Source of the DNA: an uncultured Muribaculaceae bacterium
Lineage (GTDB): Bacteria; Bacillota_I; Bacilli_A; RF39; UBA660
Assembly (NCBI GenBank): GCA_964538005.1
Contig: CAZIDO010000002.1
Span: 1-40,781 of the forward strand
Length of the DNA: 40,781 nucleotides
Direction: 5' to 3'
The notes under the pieces are model-generated. The model was not told the origin of the DNA and did not search any database. It saw only the letters and a program-made list of their open reading frames with translations. Of this stretch, positions 34,725-40,781 are shown piece by piece; position 1 is the stretch's first letter; every line of letters begins with the position of its first letter. A program made the translations under genes and the position numbers.

Positions 34725-35257
34725 TTCACATTACCAACGGAGGAGGAAGCACTCAAATTGTTAATGGAAATTATAACATTACCTCATCTACTTTAGGATA
34801 TGATGACACAACAATCGACCCTGCCGCAGTAGAAATAACTGATGCAACCGAAGGCTACGATTTTATGGTTGGTGCTACAGGCGTTCTAACGTTACATGTT
34901 TCTGACGATGGAACAGATGCCGGAGTTCCAATAGTCGGCGCAAAATTTGCCAGATGTGATGCTGAAGGAAAAATCTATGGAGACGAAGTTATATCTGATG
35001 ACTCGGGTAATGCAGTATTTAATCATGTTCCCTTTTCTGCCGAAGAGAATGCCCCAGTGGTTTACTACAAACAAACCGCCTCAGATGGACAGCACACTTT
35101 TGCTGCAGAATTAAAAAATACTACTTTAGCTGAAGAAGCGGTATTAGTTGAATTACAAAATGAAGAAGCGGTACTTAAGAATTTTAAATTAACCGATTTA
35201 AACTATAGCGGCTTACCAATTGCCGATGGTCAAATACATGCAACAGTAGCAGAATAA
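34706..35257 (+). CDS. Ala/Gly/Asp-rich prealbumin/SpaA-like beta-sandwich protein (183 aa), no signal peptide
   Basis: RBS AAAGGAGA. Contains LTLHVSDDGTDAGVPIVGAKFARCDAEGKIYGDEVISDDSGNAVFNHVPF...YYKQTASDGQHTF. Ends in KLTDLNYSGLPIADGQIHA. Visibly more G+C-rich than its neighbours. Confidence 0.7.
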   Translation: MENKIVIHITNGGGSTQIVNGNYNITSSTLGYDDTTIDPAAVEITDATEGYDFMVGATGVLTLHVSDDGTDAGVPIVGAKFARCDAEGKIYGDEVISDDSGNAVFNHVPFSAEENAPVVYYKQTASDGQHTFAAELKNTTLAEEAVLVELQNEEAVLKNFKLTDLNYSGLPIADGQIHATVAE

Positions 35258-35265
35258 TATGCTAG

Positions 35266-35300
35266 ATATTAGATTTGTAAAATAATCTAATATTTTTTTG
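35266..35300 (+). terminator. Rho-independent terminator ending the locus
   Basis: 10-bp stem ATATTAGATT/AATCTAATAT (35266-35275 and 35284-35293) followed by a T-run. Confidence 0.75.
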
Positions 35301-35344
35301 TAAAAGGACAAGAAGTCCTGGCACGATACTTAGCATGCTAAAAC

Positions 35345-35373
35345 TTGTTTGATTAAGGGATGTATGTTATAAT
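35345..35373 (+). promoter_or_regulatory. Sigma-A-type promoter with TG-extended -10
   Basis: TTGTTT (35345-35350), 17-nt spacer ending in TGt, TATAAT (35368-35373). Confidence 0.5.
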
Positions 35374-35397
35374 TTATTTACTAAATGAGAGGAACAT

Positions 35398-35673
35398 ATG
35401 AACTGTGATACGAGATTAAACCAAGAACCTTTTGATATGATTAAAAGTGACGTTAAAAATATAGAATATAGATTAAACGATGAAAAAAGACAATAAATTA
35501 AGATTGGAGATACTATTACGTTTTATCGTAGCCCAGAAGAAATTGGAACTATAAAGGTAATTATTAAAGAACTTAAACATTATGAAAATCCACAAGCAGT
35601 AGTAGATGATACACTTCATCATAAGATAGAACTCAGGAACCTTCTTGGAATTATAACAACGTTTTACATTTAA
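35398..35673 (+). pseudogene. ASCH-domain protein gene interrupted by an in-frame TAA
   Basis: MNCDTRLNQEPFDMIKSDVKNIEYRLNDEKRQ-TAA(35494-35496)-IKIGDTITFYRSPEEIGTIKV... The sequence reads through in the same frame. The RLNDEKR..I..GD.I.F pattern is typical of ASCH proteins. Confidence 0.5.
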
Positions 35674-35836
35674 CTGAAGGATTTAACCGGTTTGAAGAAG
35701 TCTTCCAAGTTATTTTTAAATGTTTTAATTGGTTTATGTTTTATTGTTTTCGGTATCATTTTAGTAATTATCGTAGCTATTCAATGTTTGCTAAAAAACG
35801 ATATAATGTAATAGTACAAAAAATAAAGGAGTTTTT

Positions 35837-37045
35837 ATGAATCAAAGTTGGAAAAAAAAGATGGGACTTTTCTTAAGCAGTCAGGCTATCTCATTATTTG
35901 GGTCATCAATTGTACAATATGCTATCATTTGGTATATTACGTTACAAACACAGTCGGGGATAATGATGACCGTCGCTACTGTATGTGCGTTTATTCCCCA
36001 AGTTTTAATTTCATTATTTGCTGGCGTTTGGGCCGACAAATATAACAAAAAGTTTTTGATTATTTTAGCTGATGCCTCAATTGCTTTATCAACATTAATA
36101 ATTGCAATTATGTTCTTCTTTGGCATCAATGATATATGGTTGTTATTTGCAGTATTATGTATTAGATCATTAGGCAGTGGTATTCAAACTCCAACCGTTA
36201 CATCATTTATTCCAGAAGTAGTACCAGAAAACAAATTAATGCGTGTCAATGGAATCAATACAACAATTCAATCAATTATGTTAATAGTATCACCGGCTAT
36301 TAGTGGAGCATTACTTGCCAATGTTGATTTACAATATATTTTGTTAGTCGATGTTGTAACGGCTATTATTGGTATTATAATTTTCTCATTAGTTAAGGTT
36401 CATTATCCAAAAAGAGAAAAAGAAAAAGTTAATTATTTTAGTTCAATTAAAGAAGGTTTATTTTATACTAAAAACCATAAATTGATTTCTAGGTTATTAG
36501 GCTATTTAGTATTAGCGAATATTTTAATCGCGCCAATGTCTATTCTGACCCCGTTATTAGTTACGAGAACGTTTGGAGCGGAAGCGTGGTATTTAACTTT
36601 CAATGAAATGGTTTTCTTTGTTGGAAACATTATTGGAGGTATTTTAATTGCTACTTGGGGTGGATTTAAAAATAAGGTAAGTACTATTGGTTTAGGCTGT
36701 GTGGTCTGTGGTATATTTGCTATTTGTTTAGGTTTACCAATTAACTTTGTTGTCTATTTAATTTTCATGGGAATTATTGGAATGACAATGCCATTTGTCA
36801 ATACTCCATTTATGACTATTTTCCAGGAAAAGGTTGATAAGGATAAACAAGGAAGAATATTCTCGCTAGTTTCAATTTTAGGTGGGGCAGTTATGCCACT
36901 TTCAATGGTTTTCTATGGTCCTTTAGCAGATCATGTAAAAATTGAATATATTTTAATTGTAACTGGGATTTTATTTGTCATCGGTTCAATTGCAATGGTT
37001 AAAGATCATGTTATTAAAAAGAACTTAGAATCAACTCAAGAATAA
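35837..37045 (+). CDS. MFS transporter (macrolide-efflux/EntS-like subfamily)
   Basis: 402 aa with about 12 TM helices. N-terminal FLSSQAISLFGSSIVQYAIIWYITLQT and GVWADKYNKK are typical of this MFS subgroup. Confidence 0.88.
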   Translation: MNQSWKKKMGLFLSSQAISLFGSSIVQYAIIWYITLQTQSGIMMTVATVCAFIPQVLISLFAGVWADKYNKKFLIILADASIALSTLIIAIMFFFGINDIWLLFAVLCIRSLGSGIQTPTVTSFIPEVVPENKLMRVNGINTTIQSIMLIVSPAISGALLANVDLQYILLVDVVTAIIGIIIFSLVKVHYPKREKEKVNYFSSIKEGLFYTKNHKLISRLLGYLVLANILIAPMSILTPLLVTRTFGAEAWYLTFNEMVFFVGNIIGGILIATWGGFKNKVSTIGLGCVVCGIFAICLGLPINFVVYLIFMGIIGMTMPFVNTPFMTIFQEKVDKDKQGRIFSLVSILGGAVMPLSMVFYGPLADHVKIEYILIVTGILFVIGSIAMVKDHVIKKNLESTQE

Positions 37046-37096
37046 GCTTTAGTATACTATCTAAAACTTTGTTATAATAAATTTAGGAGGGATACT

Positions 37097-37517
37097 TTGA
37101 TTGGAATACCGGAATCCAGAACTCTTGCTTCAGATTTACGTCAAACCATTTTAGGAAAGGCCGTAACTGACGTTTTAGGTAATTATAATGAATATAAGTT
37201 TACTTTTTATTATGCTGATAAAAATAAATATAAAGACAATTCTCGCACAAAAAGGTAACAAATATCATAGATAGAAATTATTATAATGAAATTGAGATTG
37301 AAAACTACATTTTAGTAATGGAACAAACAATTTTAGGGATTGGTAATGGTGTTGTTCAAGGTATAATGTTCAATGCCGAACTCTATCATAAAAGAAAAAT
37401 AAATTACGTTAAATGCCGAAGAAATTAGAAACTTATAAAAATCCCTGTCCTATATGTCACGGGAGTTAAAAAAGAACAATATCTTGGGGGAGTATTTATT
37501 ATTGTCCTACTTGCTAA
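37097..37517 (+). pseudogene. Heavily degraded Fpg/Nei-family DNA glycosylase gene
   Basis: RBS AGGAGGG plus a TTG start. Recognisable pieces lie in three frames: IGIPESRTLASDLRQTILGKAVTDV (N-terminus), LGIGNGVVQGIMFNAELYHKRKI (H2TH) and CPICHG ... GSIYYCPTC* (zinc finger). Most of the gene is deleted. Confidence 0.6.
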
Positions 37518-37558
37518 AAGTAAACCGCATATAATAATATAATTATGGAAGTGATAAA

Positions 37559-38602
37559 ATGAAAACATTAGTAGATTATTTAGATTACTATAATAATATA
37601 TCATTTAAAGATGTCCCGTTTAACGATATGGATAACATTGTTTTTTCGACACTCGTATATCTACCATTAGAAAACATTTTAATTGATAACGATACCCTTT
37701 ATGATATTAGTAAAAAGGTAACATATATAAAAGGTGTAAATAAAAATTCTATGCCTTATAAAGCTTTAAAACTCCTTGACCAAATAGTTAGCGGTCAAAG
37801 GTATAAAGAAATTTCATTATATAATTTAGTTTCTATTGTTGATAATCAAACGCAATTTTGTGCGGTAACTATTAGATTTGATAAAAATAAATGCTATGTA
37901 GCTTTTAGAGGAACCGATAATTCAATAATTGGTTGGAAAGAAAATTTCGATTTATCTTATATGTATCCTGTTCCCGCTCAAATGGAAGCGACTAATTATT
38001 TAAAAAGAACTATCAAGTGGAATGATAAAAAAATTTATGTTGGTGGTCATTCTAAAGGTGGTAATTTAGCTATGGCTAGCGTTATGGAAACAGATAATTC
38101 TATTTATAAAAAAATTGTTACAATTTATAATAATGATGGTCCTGGTTTTCTAACTAAAGAATTTAACTCTGATAAATTTAAAAAAATGAGTTTGAAACTT
38201 AAAATGTTTTTACCAGAAGAAAGCATTGTAGGAATTTTATTAAATAATGGGGACTATCAAGTAGTGAAATCAAAAGAACGTGGTGTTTATCAGCATGATT
38301 TAACTACCTGGGAATGTTTTGGGGGATTTTTAACTAAAGGACGATTATCAAATTATAGTAAAAAAACCCAAGATCAAATATTATTATGGTTGGATAAAAC
38401 TGATAATCAAAATAAAAGAAAGTTAGTAGAAACCTTCTTTAAAATAATTAGTGATACAGGAATAACGGAATTCAAACAATTGAAACAATTAAAGTTATCA
38501 CAGGTTTCATCAATGGTTAAAGATGCTCAAAACATTGATGAAGCATCGAAACAATTATTATTAAATACCTTAATGAATTTAATAGGAATCGAAAATAAAT
38601 AA
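37559..38602 (+). CDS. DUF2974 (Mbeg1-like) alpha/beta-hydrolase-fold protein
   Basis: VAFRGTDNSIIGWKENF and GGHSKGGNLA are typical of the family. Confidence 0.8.
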   Translation: MKTLVDYLDYYNNISFKDVPFNDMDNIVFSTLVYLPLENILIDNDTLYDISKKVTYIKGVNKNSMPYKALKLLDQIVSGQRYKEISLYNLVSIVDNQTQFCAVTIRFDKNKCYVAFRGTDNSIIGWKENFDLSYMYPVPAQMEATNYLKRTIKWNDKKIYVGGHSKGGNLAMASVMETDNSIYKKIVTIYNNDGPGFLTKEFNSDKFKKMSLKLKMFLPEESIVGILLNNGDYQVVKSKERGVYQHDLTTWECFGGFLTKGRLSNYSKKTQDQILLWLDKTDNQNKRKLVETFFKIISDTGITEFKQLKQLKLSQVSSMVKDAQNIDEASKQLLLNTLMNLIGIENK

Positions 38603-38650
38603 TATGATTTTTATAAAAACATGCTATAATTTAAAAAAGGGAGTGAGAAA

Positions 38651-39175
38651 ATGGAGACAACAAGTCTTATTGTAACGATACTAATTGCCTTAGCAGGGAG
38701 TCTATTTGGATTCAGATTAAACAAGATATTAATTACTTTAATGGGCTTTGCATTTGGTTTTTCATTAGGAGGATTCATTGCTACTCAAATTGTTGATTTT
38801 AGTATTGCACCATTAGTACTTTCTTTAATAGTCGGGTTCATAGTTGCCGTTATAAGTTTTAAGCTTTATGTAGCAGGGGTGTTCATCCTTTGTGGATTTT
38901 CAACGTTTATAGCCTGCTATACTTTCATTGATGTTGAAATAGTCCGCGAGGTAGTAGCTATAGTAGCGGGTATTCTTGTTGGTATTATAGGGGCTAAATT
39001 TACAAAACCAATTATGATTTTATCTACGAGTTTTAGTGGAGGATTTTTATTAGTTGATAGTATTTTACAACTATTAAACTTTGATAATATGGTAGCTGCG
39101 GTTATCTTTGGTGTAATTGCAACAGTATTAGCAGCAAGTTTCCAATTTAAAAACAATAAAGAAGTAATAGAATAA
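38651..39175 (+). CDS. Small polytopic membrane protein (DUF4203/TM7S3-like)
   Basis: 174 aa with 5-6 Gly/Phe-rich TM helices (GFRLNKILITLMGFAFGFSLGGF). Confidence 0.55.
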   Translation: METTSLIVTILIALAGSLFGFRLNKILITLMGFAFGFSLGGFIATQIVDFSIAPLVLSLIVGFIVAVISFKLYVAGVFILCGFSTFIACYTFIDVEIVREVVAIVAGILVGIIGAKFTKPIMILSTSFSGGFLLVDSILQLLNFDNMVAAVIFGVIATVLAASFQFKNNKEVIE

Positions 39176-39187
39176 TAAATTAGTTAA

Positions 39188-39412
39188 ATGAAAATAATTA
39201 GTTTTAAAAAAGTAGAATTAGAAAAATCCAAAATTAAAGCGGTTGCATATATCGAAATTGAAAACCATATAACGGTGGAGGCTCGAATAATTGAAGGCGA
39301 AGACGGTTTATTTGTAGCTTGTAAATATAGTGAATCTTTAGATGATCAAGTTCGGTATAACTATAGTCAAGAGATATCTAGAGTGTTACTTGAAAATTAT
39401 AATCAAGAATAA
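39188..39412 (+). CDS. Small protein with possible SpoVG-like fold
   Basis: KIKAVAYIEIENHITVEARIIEGEDGLFVA resembles the SpoVG core (..MKAIASITLD..FVVHDIRVI.G..GLFVA). The similarity is weak and it is followed by a terminator (about 39411-39436). Confidence 0.35.
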   Translation: MKIISFKKVELEKSKIKAVAYIEIENHITVEARIIEGEDGLFVACKYSESLDDQVRYNYSQEISRVLLENYNQE

Positions 39413-39833
39413 AGTGTAAAACTTTATTTTTTTTTGTGTGCCGTGCATGGCATATAACTAAGTGGTGAAAGTACGAGTAAATAGAACGAAGAATTTTTAT
39501 ATAGTATATATGGAATAATTGAAGAAATACCAGTAGGTAAAGAGGAAACTAATCAAACAAAGCTAGAAATTGATAAAGCTAAACAACTATGCCAAATATG
39601 TCATGTAACTTACAATCATCTAGTTAACAATAGCAATATATATGAAGAAGCTATGCAATTATATAAACAGATAAAAGAAGAATATAATCTTAGTTTGGTA
39701 GATTCCATATTAGTTTTGAAAGATGTTGTATACCAATGTTATTTGAAAGAAAAAGGTTAACCATTAGGCTTTTTACCTTTTTTATTTCTTTATTAAAATA
39801 TTTTTGCTATAATGATAATATGGGAGGGATAAT

Positions 39834-40724
39834 ATGAATGCAGTAAAAACATTATTTTCTTGGGTTTTGGCAACGATTTTAGGTGTAAGTTTATTTATTT
39901 TATTTATGCTTGGTAATATTAGTTCTTTTTTTACTACCGGAAATATGCAAAAGGCCGCTGCGAATATCGATGTATCCCATGAGATTCAGAAGATAAAAAA
40001 CAGTACCGCTACTACTAGTCATAAGGCTGAAATAGCTGATATTATCAATAGTGCATATACTGAAGCCGAAAACCATGGAATTCCAAGTAATTTGGTTGAT
40101 GAAATATTTAATTCTCAAGAAGTTAAAGAATTTTTAGGTAAATCATTAGGCGGAACAACCGATTATTTAATCAATGGCAACAAAGAAACAAAAGTAACTA
40201 GCGAAGAATTTAATAAATTAATTGATGACAATATGGATGATTGGATAAAACAAAGTGGGACAACCATCAGCGATAGCAAAAAAGAGGTTCTAGTAGTGAG
40301 ACTTAAAAATGCAAGTGCGGGTGTTATCGATAATTTACCTAACAGTACTAATATCAGTAATACAGTAAATAATAATACTTTAAAAGACGTTCAATTTTTG
40401 TTTAGTAGTCAAGTTAAAGTAGCTTTAGTTATTACTAGTGTAATTTCTTTACTAATAATTTTCTTCTTAAAACGCAAACATAATAAATGGTTATTATATA
40501 GTGGAATTCCAACAATTATAGCTGGATTAATAACTTTAGGAGTAAGTTTCATAATTGTAGATTTATTTACAACGGCGTTATCAAAATACAATTTAACATT
40601 CATGGTTAGTGCTTTTAGTGATACCTTAGGTAATCATATTTTCATTACTGGAATTGTTGCGATTGTAATATCAGTAATTATGCTGATTATTTATAAATTA
40701 ACACAAAAGAAAACTGCTAATTAG
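39834..40724 (+). CDS. Hypothetical membrane protein (N-terminal TM, extracytoplasmic domain, 3 C-terminal TM helices)
   Basis: RBS GGGAGGGA; hydropathy pattern only; no family recognised. Confidence 0.55.
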   Translation: MNAVKTLFSWVLATILGVSLFILFMLGNISSFFTTGNMQKAAANIDVSHEIQKIKNSTATTSHKAEIADIINSAYTEAENHGIPSNLVDEIFNSQEVKEFLGKSLGGTTDYLINGNKETKVTSEEFNKLIDDNMDDWIKQSGTTISDSKKEVLVVRLKNASAGVIDNLPNSTNISNTVNNNTLKDVQFLFSSQVKVALVITSVISLLIIFFLKRKHNKWLLYSGIPTIIAGLITLGVSFIIVDLFTTALSKYNLTFMVSAFSDTLGNHIFITGIVAIVISVIMLIIYKLTQKKTAN

Positions 40725-40781
40725 CAGTCTCAGACTGTTGACAAAGGTCAATGGTCTTTTTTTGAAAAATGTGATATACTA

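Noticed and set aside
24898-35257. Prophage tail-fibre or phage-structural interpretation of the beta-sandwich-rich locus.
   Set aside because: No capsid, portal, terminase, tape-measure, holin/lysin, integrase or repressor genes occur in or next to the locus. The only mobile trace is an IS remnant.
35689-35811. 40-codon TTG-initiated hydrophobic ORF (KKSSKLFLNVLIGLCFIVFGIILVIIVAIQCLLKNDIM) upstream of the MFS gene.
   Set aside because: It is plausible as a small membrane peptide. However, it has a non-ATG start, only a weak GAAGGA 10 nt upstream, and no assessable conservation, so the evidence is insufficient.
39485-39760. 92-codon open frame (..IYGIIEEIPVGKEETNQTKLEIDKAKQLCQICHVTYNHL...KEKG) between the SpoVG-like gene and 39834.
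   Set aside because: It has no ATG, GTG or TTG start and no RBS until very late in the frame. It is probably a 3' remnant of a lost gene, but I recognise no family, so it is not reported as a feature.

Overview
AT-rich chromosomal segment (G+C looks near 30% by eye, not computed) from a low-GC Gram-positive bacterium (Bacillota). It uses the standard code, since TGA terminates conserved genes. The organism appears to sporulate: a CwlD-type amidase, a SleB/CwlJ-type cortex hydrolase and a possible SpoVG-like gene are present. The left part (1-23 kb) is core backbone in the Bacillus-like order ecfA1-ecfA2-ecfT-truA-rplM-rpsI ... cwlD-htrA. It is interrupted by accessory modules: a two-gene split HipA-like kinase cassette bounded by imperfect direct repeats; a head-to-head alpha/beta-hydrolase pair, one copy 5'-truncated; a TQXA thioester-domain surface protein with its own small sortase; and an Abi_2 abortive-infection gene. 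After tRNA-Trp (23093-23168) comes a decayed zone with a 32-codon GT2 fragment, a GNAT gene and an IS1182-like transposase remnant. The most unusual feature is a 10.4-kb locus (24898-35257) of seven genes, none with a recognisable signal peptide. It holds a 2079-aa protein built from about 15 tandem DUF11-type domains, a 3x CarboxypepD_reg-like protein, two small Cys-rich proteins, an Ala/Gly/Asp-rich beta-sandwich protein, a beta-rich 337-aa protein and an 81-aa helical protein. One roughly 70-85-aa helical module recurs as the whole 81-aa protein and as the C-terminus of both the 337-aa protein and the giant. I read this as a candidate undescribed self-assembling, probably mother-cell-made spore-surface structure. 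That reading is inference only. Right of it lie more decayed genes (ASCH with an in-frame stop, an Fpg/Nei remnant), an MFS transporter, a DUF2974 hydrolase and membrane proteins. No rRNA, CRISPR array or intact mobile element was seen.
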